A stretch of 32,000 bases of DNA from Promethearchaeum syntrophicum. Lineage in GTDB: Archaea > Asgardarchaeota > Lokiarchaeia > Sigyniarchaeales > Promethearchaeaceae. The stretch lies in assembly GCF_008000775.2 (NCBI RefSeq), contig NZ_CP042905.2:1050001-1082000 (forward strand). The letters run 5' to 3'. The translations under genes were made by a program, and so were the position numbers. Within the stretch, counting starts at the first letter, position 1, and every line of letters begins with the position of its first letter. Under the pieces are notes generated by a model. That model did no database searches. It was given only the letters and a program-made list of their open reading frames with translations, and was not told the DNA's origin. This document shows, piece by piece, positions 1 to 7,369 of the stretch.

Positions 1-1
1 T

Positions 2-388
2 ACAAGGGAGCAATTAATCGACATTGGAATATTGAGTGGTGTTGATTTTTTTCCAGGAATCAGTGGAGTGGGAACCAAAACCGCGTTCGATCTTATCAAG
101 AAATATGATAATCTGGATATAATGTTAGAAAAAAATATTGTAGTTCGCAAGAAACCTATCAGTGAAAGCATAAGTTTAGATACAATAAAGCAAGTTAGGG
201 ATATTTTTCTTAATCCAGCGATTAATAAGGATTATCAAAAACCAAAATGGAAACATCCAGATAGTGATAAAATAAAGGAAATTCTTTGTAAAAGACATAA
301 TTTTTCCCTAGAAAGAATAGATAATGCTTTAATTAGGTTAAAAAAAAAAGCGGGAACAACTCAGAAACGTATTGATAGTTTTTTTTAA
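2..388 (+). CDS. fen: Flap endonuclease 1 (FEN1), C-terminal part; the 5' end lies upstream of the window
   Basis: The frame is open from nt 2 (TREQLIDIGILSGVDFFPGISGVGTKTAFDLIKKY...), matching the H3TH/helix-hairpin-helix region of FEN1/XPG-family nucleases. It ends in QKRIDSFF, a canonical Qxx[ILM]xxFF PCNA-interacting box. Confidence 0.85.
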   Translation, partial: TREQLIDIGILSGVDFFPGISGVGTKTAFDLIKKYDNLDIMLEKNIVVRKKPISESISLDTIKQVRDIFLNPAINKDYQKPKWKHPDSDKIKEILCKRHNFSLERIDNALIRLKKKAGTTQKRIDSFF

Positions 389-454
389 TTGATTATATTC
401 TAGTATCAATAAATATTTACGAAAGTTTAGACTAATTAAATGTGAAAATAAAAG

Positions 455-2692
455 ATGAGCACACAAGGAACTCCTAAGAAGAAATCATCCAAATCGAAAA
501 ATACTCAACTAAAATTGAAAGTTCAGGAAGCCCGCAAAAGAGACGTAGGACGTAGCATCATTCGATTAGACTCCGATTCGATGAAGCAATTATCTGTTAA
601 TACGGGAGAAATTATTGAAATAAAAGGAAAGGAACGGACTACTGCTGCAATAGCATGGCCTTCCTACCCTCAAGACCAAGGATTGGGCATCATTCGTATT
701 GATAGTCGCGTACGGAGAAATGCTAATGTAAAAATCGATGATTTCGTCAATGTAACAAAAGTAAAAGAAGTTACCTCAAAATCAGTTATTCTTGCCCCTA
801 TTTCATTAAAAATAACTCCAAATGTTCGATTCGAGAGTTTTGTTAAAAGAAAATTACTTAATTTTCCAATTTCTAAAGGTGATTTAATTTATATTAACAT
901 TGGCATGACCAAGGAAATCGTATTTCGAGCAATTTCAATTAAACCTGCCGGGATCTCTATTATTAAACAAACAACCCAACTGTCAATCAACGAATCTACT
1001 TCAGAAGAAATCCCAACGGGAATTGCTTATATCACTTATGAGGATATCGGTGGGTTAGATAATGAGATTCAGCAAGTGAGAGAAATGGTCGAACTTCCAT
1101 TAAAACACCCTGAGCTTTTCATACGCTTAGGAATTGATCCTCCTAAAGGTGTTCTATTACGTGGACCTCCTGGATGTGGCAAAACTCTTCTAGCAAAAGC
1201 AGTCGCTAATGAAAGTCGTGCTCATTTTATTTCTATTAATGGTCCTGAAATTATGAGCAAATTTTATGGTGAATCTGAGAAGAAATTAAGAAGTTTGTTT
1301 AAGGAAGCGGAAGAAAAGGGACCTAGTATTATTTTTATCGATGAAATTGATGCGATCGCTCCTAAACGCGAAAATGTTACTGGTGAAGTTGAACGTAGAG
1401 TAGTGGCACAACTGCTTGCTTTGATGGATGGCTTAGAAACTCGAGGCAGGGTTGTTATAATTGGTGCCACGAATCGACCTAATGCTGTGGACCCCGCATT
1501 GAGAAGACCCGGACGTTTCGATAGAGAATTAGAAATAAAAGTCCCTGGGGAAAAAGGAAGATTAGATATCATCCATATTCATACCCGTAAAATGCCTTTA
1601 GATAAAGATGTTGCCCTACGCGAAGTTGCCCGAATAACCCATGGATTTGTAGGTGCAGATATTGCAAGTTTAGTTCGCGAAACTGGAATGTATGCCTTAC
1701 GTAGGTACCTTCCAAACATCAATTTAGAGGAGGATGATGTTGATCCTAAAATCCTTGAAAATATGTTTGTTGAAAAGAAAGATTTTGATAACGCCTTTAA
1801 GGAAATTATCCCATCAGGAATTCGTGAGGTCTTTGTTGAGATCCCAAGTGTTCATTGGAATGATGTTGGAGGATTAGATTATACAAAACAACAATTAATC
1901 GAATCAGTAGAATGGCCCATTAAAAACCCTGCTGCTTATATGAGAATGGGTGTGTCTCCTCCAACAGGTGTTTTATTGTATGGTCCACCTGGTTGTGGAA
2001 AAACTTTGTTAGCTCGAGCAGTAGCCACTGAGTCGGAGGCAAATTTTATATCAATTAAAGGACCGGAATTGCTTTCAAAATGGGTAGGTGAAAGTGAAAA
2101 AGCTGTTCGGGAAGTTTTCCGGAAAGCTAAATTGGCTGCACCGTGTATTATTTTCTTTGATGAACTTGATAGTATTGCTCCACGTCGTGGAAGTGGTGGT
2201 TCTGATTCAGGAGTAACTGAACGAGTGATCTCTCAACTTTTAACTGAATTGGACGGACTCGCTCAGACAAAACAAATAATTCTTATTGCTGCGACAAATC
2301 GACCAGATATAATGGACCCTGCATTAATGAGGCCTGGAAGGATTGATAGATTATCATATGTCGCCCCACCTACTGCCGAAGATAGAGAAGAAATCTTTAA
2401 AATTTTTACTAAAAGTATGCCTCTTGCTGATGATGTAGATATACATGATTTAGCCATGAGAAGTGAATTCTTCTCTGGTGCAGACATTGAATCGCTTTGT
2501 AGAGAAGCAGCAATTAGAGCGTTAAGAGAAGATATTAGGGGTGAAAAGATTGATTATAAACACTTTAAAGAGGCAATGGAGGATATTCATCCAAGTGCAT
2601 CACCTATGGTTTGTGAATTTTATGAGAAATTTGAAGAATCTCTTAAAAGCCGAAGAATTGGAAAACACAAGCGAACTGATTTATACGCATAA
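455..2692 (+). CDS. cdc48: CDC48/VCP/p97-type double-ring AAA+ ATPase
   Basis: 745 aa. CDC48-like N domain ([15 protein letters not shown]...[15 protein letters not shown]). Two AAA modules, each with Walker A GPPGCGKT, Walker B IIFIDEID / IIFFDELD, and RPGRFDR / RPGRIDR second-region-of-homology arginines. C-terminal ...DLYA resembles an HbYX tail. Confidence 0.95.
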   Translation: MSTQGTPKKKSSKSKNTQLKLKVQEARKRDVGRSIIRLDSDSMKQLSVNTGEIIEIKGKERTTAAIAWPSYPQDQGLGIIRIDSRVRRNANVKIDDFVNVTKVKEVTSKSVILAPISLKITPNVRFESFVKRKLLNFPISKGDLIYINIGMTKEIVFRAISIKPAGISIIKQTTQLSINESTSEEIPTGIAYITYEDIGGLDNEIQQVREMVELPLKHPELFIRLGIDPPKGVLLRGPPGCGKTLLAKAVANESRAHFISINGPEIMSKFYGESEKKLRSLFKEAEEKGPSIIFIDEIDAIAPKRENVTGEVERRVVAQLLALMDGLETRGRVVIIGATNRPNAVDPALRRPGRFDRELEIKVPGEKGRLDIIHIHTRKMPLDKDVALREVARITHGFVGADIASLVRETGMYALRRYLPNINLEEDDVDPKILENMFVEKKDFDNAFKEIIPSGIREVFVEIPSVHWNDVGGLDYTKQQLIESVEWPIKNPAAYMRMGVSPPTGVLLYGPPGCGKTLLARAVATESEANFISIKGPELLSKWVGESEKAVREVFRKAKLAAPCIIFFDELDSIAPRRGSGGSDSGVTERVISQLLTELDGLAQTKQIILIAATNRPDIMDPALMRPGRIDRLSYVAPPTAEDREEIFKIFTKSMPLADDVDIHDLAMRSEFFSGADIESLCREAAIRALREDIRGEKIDYKHFKEAMEDIHPSASPMVCEFYEKFEESLKSRRIGKHKRTDLYA

Positions 2693-2701
2693 ATGCAAAA
2701 A

Positions 2702-2708
2702 TTTTTTT
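2702..2708 (+). terminator. Oligo-T tract (T7) 10 nt after the cdc48 stop; candidate archaeal termination signal
   Basis: TTTTTTT read directly at 2702-2708. Archaeal RNAP commonly terminates at oligo-T runs. No experimental support. Confidence 0.3.
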
Positions 2709-2817
2709 AATTTAATCACCTATTTACACTTGATTTTTTAATTATATCATTTGGTAATATTTTTCTTACATTTTAATGAGAAATTAGATTATTAAAACCT
2801 ATTCTTGGTAATATAAT

Positions 2818-3105
2818 ATGGCAAAAATGAAAATTGCATGGAATGCAGAGCCGATTGAAAACGAGATCTTGTATGCTTTAATTGATAATAGGGGTGAAAT
2901 GCTCACTACAGATTTACAACGGAAGTTATCCAATATGTATGAAGATTTCACTCGCGCTGATTTGATGAAACATCTTTTTAAATTAGAAGTCCGTTCTTTT
3001 ATCCATGTGGTGGGAATTAAGAAAGATGTTTCTAAAATTGAACTTAGCAAATATGGGCAATTTTCCGATGAAGTTCGAAAAAAAATTAAAGAATTTATGC
3101 ATTAA
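2818..3105 (+). CDS. Small (95 aa) hypothetical protein, winged-helix-like
   Basis: The ORF has a plausible helix-turn-helix plus beta-wing pattern (ILYALIDNRGEMLTTDLQRKLS...LMKHLFKLEVRSFIHVVG). The overlapping antisense ORF 2799-3050 looks non-protein-like. No family recognised. Confidence 0.55.
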   Translation: MAKMKIAWNAEPIENEILYALIDNRGEMLTTDLQRKLSNMYEDFTRADLMKHLFKLEVRSFIHVVGIKKDVSKIELSKYGQFSDEVRKKIKEFMH

Positions 3106-3129
3106 TTTTATCAATAAATCCTTGAAATC

Positions 3130-4893
3130 TTAACTATCTTCTTTAAGCTCAAATGTATCCAATTCTAAGAAATTTTCTTGAATAAAGATCGGTGAAATCT
3201 TTGTTATTGGCTGTTTTGAGTTATTGAAAACATCCTTATTTAAGTATTTCTGACACATTTCAGATATTGATTTTTCTCCCCGGGGATTGGGTAGCTCTCT
3301 TTTTCTAATTTTGGTAAAAATTGGATAATTTAAGGCTGCACCCATTATGAGAGCATTACCCGTAGGTAATGTGCTAATTATTTCGATTGAACTATTTGTT
3401 AATGCTTCTGATGTCTGCTTTATATGGTTAAGATCATAGGGATTTGTGATTCTCATCACTATTTGAGTATTGCATTGCGATAAGGCTGTTGTACTCAGTC
3501 GGACTGGACGTTGAGAGACAAGAACTAATTGAGCAAAAAATTTCCTTCCTTCTCGTGCAATTGTTTCAAAAATATTCTTTGTAATTGCATCTTTTCCACC
3601 TGATTCCGGTAGAAAATTATGCGCTTCTTCAAGAAAAATTATAAAAGGGGGTATTTTTCCGCTTCTGCGATAATAAAATACTTTTGAAGTTAGGTAATGG
3701 AGTAAAATCTGTTTTTTTCTCATCGAAATTATTGATGATAAATCTAGTATAGTTAACTCACCCATCTTTATCAATTCATAAATAGAAGGTGAACTTTTTT
3801 TGCTAAAAATTCTTAAATTGTTTAGATCTGCTAACCAACCAATCAAAGTTGATTGTAATTTTGAATTAATATCAGGATTTTCTGATAGTTCTGTAATTAA
3901 GTCATTGATATCATATCCTATTAAAGTACCATCATCTGCTGACTTTTCACTCTTTTTAAATTTTTTTCTGCAATTTTTAATTGCTTTTCGAAGTTCACGT
4001 AATTGTGGGATAGAAATACCTGGTTGATAACGTTTAAAATCATATTCTGTCAAGTCTGGGACTCCAATTTGAATAAATAATCCATTAAAACTTGTGATTC
4101 TATTTTGGATTGATTTCATAGAGGAAATTTTTGATTGTTCTAATTTTTCAAGAGAATCCTCGGCTTTTTCTTTTAAAAAACGATATTCTCCATGAAGATC
4201 TACAAGAAACATTGCGGGAGTTCCCAGATCTTTTGGGCGTGTAAGAAGTTCTTCAAATAAAACCGATAAAAGATAACTTTTTCCCGCTCCTGATTGTGCT
4301 AAAATTGCTACATGTTTATTAAAAAGACGATTCATATTCAATGTAACATCAAGCTTATAACTACTTAACTTTCCAATATTTAACCCGTTTTCATCCAAAC
4401 CTAAAAAATGTCTAAGAAAATTTCCTTTTAAAAGGAAAACTTTATTTCCGGGATTTACGGGAAATCCTACTCTTTGTATTCGTTTGAAAGTAGCAGGATC
4501 TATTTCATCAGAAAGATTGTTTTTGCAACGAACTGTTCCTAAAAGATGAACATCGACAATATGACACTCCCATTGATCGCTAGGAAAGAAGTTTTTCATG
4601 TTAACCTTCGCAAGATTGAAATTTTTTACCGTTTGAACATTGGAAAAATATTGGTTATTCATTCTTATCTGCTCAACTATACCTACTACGAAGCCTTCAT
4701 GTGATTCTACTAAACAATATTGGCCTTGTTGAACGAATGGTGAATTTTTTGAATTGGATACAGACTGATTATCTGTAAGAATGAAAGAATATTCAAATAT
4801 ATTAGGAGATAAGTTATTAGATCCCGATATTACAATGCCGATTGGTTCAATTTGAGGTACTGATTTTGAAGTAAGAACTTTACGAAGTGTCAT
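3130..4893 (-). CDS. HerA-like / DUF87 (COG0433) FtsK-HerA superfamily P-loop ATPase
   Basis: 587 aa. Walker A AQSGAGKSYLL, Walker B-like FIIFLEEAHNF, and the block REGRKF..LVSQRP..LSQCNTQIVMRITNPYD typical of HerA/DUF87. The beta-rich N-terminus is consistent with a HAS barrel. No NurA-like neighbour. Confidence 0.85.
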   Translation of the reverse strand: MTLRKVLTSKSVPQIEPIGIVISGSNNLSPNIFEYSFILTDNQSVSNSKNSPFVQQGQYCLVESHEGFVVGIVEQIRMNNQYFSNVQTVKNFNLAKVNMKNFFPSDQWECHIVDVHLLGTVRCKNNLSDEIDPATFKRIQRVGFPVNPGNKVFLLKGNFLRHFLGLDENGLNIGKLSSYKLDVTLNMNRLFNKHVAILAQSGAGKSYLLSVLFEELLTRPKDLGTPAMFLVDLHGEYRFLKEKAEDSLEKLEQSKISSMKSIQNRITSFNGLFIQIGVPDLTEYDFKRYQPGISIPQLRELRKAIKNCRKKFKKSEKSADDGTLIGYDINDLITELSENPDINSKLQSTLIGWLADLNNLRIFSKKSSPSIYELIKMGELTILDLSSIISMRKKQILLHYLTSKVFYYRRSGKIPPFIIFLEEAHNFLPESGGKDAITKNIFETIAREGRKFFAQLVLVSQRPVRLSTTALSQCNTQIVMRITNPYDLNHIKQTSEALTNSSIEIISTLPTGNALIMGAALNYPIFTKIRKRELPNPRGEKSISEMCQKYLNKDVFNNSKQPITKISPIFIQENFLELDTFELKEDS

Positions 4894-5000
4894 TAATTTA
4901 GAGTTATTTTATTGCCTCTTTTTAAAACAACGAGTCTGTCGGTTTAGTTCATTTAATTCAAAAAAAAACTTCAATCAAAGCTTAAATTTCTCTTTTTGAA

Positions 5001-5024
5001 AAATGTTGCCATATGGAAACATTT
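5001..5024. promoter_or_regulatory. Near-perfect 24-bp palindrome (AAATGTTGCCAT|ATGGAAACATTT, 11 of 12 arm positions) abutting a TATA-like TTTATATA at 5022-5029; candidate operator/promoter of the 5063 operon
   Basis: Read directly from the sequence. The TATA-like box is about 35 nt upstream of ATG 5063. The palindrome lies in the divergent intergenic region between the HerA-like gene and the operon. Confidence 0.45.
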
Positions 5025-5062
5025 ATATATTTTTACACTATATTTTTTTTGATTAAGAAATT

Positions 5063-6433
5063 ATGACACCCAGAGATCAAGAAAAAATAAGAGAAATTCC
5101 AATAAGTTTACGAGGTATCGAATCAATACTACGTGTTTTAAATAATGAACTTAAGGAGCCTTCTAGTATTAGACAAATTAGTGAAATAACTGGTCTTTCA
5201 ATGCGGGTAGCTAAAAATATTTTAATGCAATTAGAAAATCTTAAACAAGTGGAACGTGTAGTTGATAGGGGTCAAATATTGCCAAAATGGGGTTTAACTA
5301 GATTAGGTAAAGAAAATGCTAAAGCCATTGAAAAAAGTTCCAATGGTTTGAATAAAAACCCAAGTAATAGATTATCAGATCTATTATTAAATAATATTCA
5401 AATACCGAAAAATGTAGAGGAACAAAATATAAAGATTGGAGCGATCCATCGAAATTTCCTAAAGATATTAGATAAATTAAAATTAAATCTGAGTAAATCT
5501 ATGGGTATTTGTTATAACCTGGAACAACCGATTTTTGCCGAACGAATGGGTAATCTAATTAATAAATTAAAATCAATTAAAACCAATTTTTCGAGTTTCC
5601 GGGTAAATCCATTATCTTTCTATGATTTACATAAAAAAGGAACTAAAAAGAAGAGTTCGGCTCGAAAAAAGAAAGATTTTATTTCAGAAATTTTGTTTAT
5701 CAATCAAATTTTGCTTAATCAGCTTAATAATATCTCAGAATTAGAATTAGAGTTAAGTAATGTACTCGAACAAGAAAATTATAGATTATTTAATGAGATC
5801 TATAGACAGATCACAGATCAAATCAGGATTTTGAATTACTCGCTACAAAAAAGAACTAATGTTGATGATGGTATTCATATTCTTACTGAAGATGAATTAA
5901 TGCTCCTCCAAAAAAATGAAATTCGGCTAAGTTTCCTTAAGAATTTCATACCTCCAATATTACAAGATAATAGAAAAGAAGAATTGCTAAAAGAATGCCT
6001 CTTATCACTCATTTCTGATTTATTAGCCGAGAATTCAAAAAATTATAATAAACCATATAATATCCCTCTGGTTTCATTTTATGAATTAGCTAAAGACCAA
6101 TGTAAGTTTACAGGTTTTTCTGTAGAGAATTTGGAAGAGACACTAATTCAAATTGCTGAAAATGGTTTAATTTCCGGTATAATTGAAATTCAAGATGATG
6201 AAAACCATATTTTCAAAATTGTTCAGTTGAAACCATATGATGTTTCGGTCGATGAAATAAAACTTCTTCGATTAGCGATTCATTTAAAATCTTTTTCAAT
6301 GGCGGATGTTATGGAAAAACTAGATTGGAATCAATCGAAAGTCGAAAAAATTCTTCAAACTATGACAAATAACGGATTACTCAGGCATTCCAAATCATAT
6401 TTACAAGGAGATAAATGGTATATATTAATGTAA
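5063..6433 (+). CDS. Hypothetical 456-aa protein: N-terminal MarR/TrmB-like winged helix, long helical middle with a Lys-rich patch, two C-terminal winged-helix-like repeats
   Basis: N-terminus SIRQISEITGLSMRVAKNILMQLENLKQVERV is wHTH-like. C-terminus has ...LEETLIQIAENGLISGIIEIQDD... and ...SFSMADVMEKLDWNQSKVEKILQTMTNNGLLRH.... It is the first gene of the operon. No family recognised. Confidence 0.7.
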   Translation: MTPRDQEKIREIPISLRGIESILRVLNNELKEPSSIRQISEITGLSMRVAKNILMQLENLKQVERVVDRGQILPKWGLTRLGKENAKAIEKSSNGLNKNPSNRLSDLLLNNIQIPKNVEEQNIKIGAIHRNFLKILDKLKLNLSKSMGICYNLEQPIFAERMGNLINKLKSIKTNFSSFRVNPLSFYDLHKKGTKKKSSARKKKDFISEILFINQILLNQLNNISELELELSNVLEQENYRLFNEIYRQITDQIRILNYSLQKRTNVDDGIHILTEDELMLLQKNEIRLSFLKNFIPPILQDNRKEELLKECLLSLISDLLAENSKNYNKPYNIPLVSFYELAKDQCKFTGFSVENLEETLIQIAENGLISGIIEIQDDENHIFKIVQLKPYDVSVDEIKLLRLAIHLKSFSMADVMEKLDWNQSKVEKILQTMTNNGLLRHSKSYLQGDKWYILM

Positions 6434-6452
6434 AAAAAAAGGAGAAAATATA

Positions 6453-7349
6453 ATGTTTAGAAAGAAAAACGGCAGTATTGGTAAAGATCGATTTCCATCA
6501 ATTATATCATGGACCCAAGTTGAATCAAAAGATAAAAATTCCCAATTGATTTATTGTTATCCGAGACAGAACGATAATATTAAGAAAGGAAAATTCTTTA
6601 ATGTGAAAGAGCATGAACGTGCCATTTATTTAAAACATGGGGAATTGATTGCGGAACTGAGTGGTGGAACCTATGAATTAGAGAAAAAATCTCGAGTTAA
6701 GGGTACAGAGATTATTTGGTTTGACACTTCAATGCATCAAATCTTTTGGGGGATCCCGAAAATCAATGGTATTCCTAGTCGAGATGGTTTTATATTTGGA
6801 ATGTTTGGAGATCTCAAATTAAATATTTATAATGTTAACATTTTCTACAAGTACGTTATTGGGGGCAATAAAGAATGGTCTTTACAACAAATGAAAGATT
6901 GGATAATCAGTCTTTTTCATGTAGTTCTCCGGGATATCTTTAAAGAATATGATATTTCAGAAATATTCCAAGAATCTCGAGATATAATTATGAATAAAGT
7001 TGTTTCAAAAGTATGTGAAGAAATGAACCTGTATGGATTGGAGTTGGACGCATTTAATATCTTAGGCTTTAAACCTCCAGATAATGCGAAAGAGATTCTT
7101 AACTCTAAGCAAGAACAAGCCTATCGATTTAAGAATTGGCTTGAAAATGAAAAAAAGCGAGATATCGAAGATCGAATTTTTATTCAATATCGGATCAAAT
7201 CTTTAAAGAGTCGTCTACAAGGGCTTCAAAACGATTTGCTGGAAAATAAAATCACCAGGGAAGCATACGATTCCAAGCGCCAAACTATCAATGAGTTTAT
7301 AGAAGAAGCAAATTCTGAATTGGAACCTGACAATAGATATGAAAAATAA
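6453..7349 (+). CDS. SPFH/Band-7 superfamily protein of the YdjI/COG4260 type with a C-terminal coiled coil
   Basis: 298 aa. The N-terminal pattern (IISWTQVESKD...LIYCYP..NDNIKKGKFFNVKEHERAIYLKHGELIAELSGGTYELEK) resembles COG4260 SPFH proteins. The C-terminal heptad-like region is KNWLENEKKRDIEDR...LQGLQNDLLENK. GGAG lies 8 nt upstream of the ATG, and the gap to the previous gene is 19 nt. Confidence 0.7.
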   Translation: MFRKKNGSIGKDRFPSIISWTQVESKDKNSQLIYCYPRQNDNIKKGKFFNVKEHERAIYLKHGELIAELSGGTYELEKKSRVKGTEIIWFDTSMHQIFWGIPKINGIPSRDGFIFGMFGDLKLNIYNVNIFYKYVIGGNKEWSLQQMKDWIISLFHVVLRDIFKEYDISEIFQESRDIIMNKVVSKVCEEMNLYGLELDAFNILGFKPPDNAKEILNSKQEQAYRFKNWLENEKKRDIEDRIFIQYRIKSLKSRLQGLQNDLLENKITREAYDSKRQTINEFIEEANSELEPDNRYEK

Positions 7350-7369
7350 TATTAAGGAGAAAAAACAAA

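Noticed and set aside
1264-2487. Antisense ORFs 1264-1572 and 2263-2487 inside cdc48
   Set aside because: They lie entirely within a very confidently called CDC48 gene on the opposite strand. Their Ser/Leu-rich translations have no motifs and are typical shadow ORFs.
2541-2741. ORF 2541-2741 (+), 66 aa
   Set aside because: It is an out-of-frame overlap with the cdc48 3' end, and the peptide is low-complexity. The cdc48 frame carries the conserved sequence.
2750-2813. Direct repeat TTGGTAATAT at 2750-2759 and 2804-2813 upstream of the 95-aa ORF
   Set aside because: A short 10-mer in very AT-rich intergenic DNA is likely chance. The second copy overlaps the presumed promoter/RBS region, but there is no further support.
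2799-3050. ORF 2799-3050 (-), 83 aa
   Set aside because: It is antisense to the more protein-like 95-aa winged-helix ORF (2818-3105). Its translation is Ser/Ile/Phe-rich with no structure-like pattern.
3800-4027. ORF 3800-4027 (+) inside the HerA-like gene
   Set aside because: Shadow ORF antisense to a gene with clear Walker motifs.
5350-5960. Helical middle of the 456-aa protein as an ESCRT-III/PspA-like domain
   Set aside because: It lacks the strongly charged, regularly amphipathic alpha1-alpha2 hairpin character of ESCRT-III/PspA. It is Asn/Leu/Ile-rich with a single polybasic patch. No support without structure prediction.
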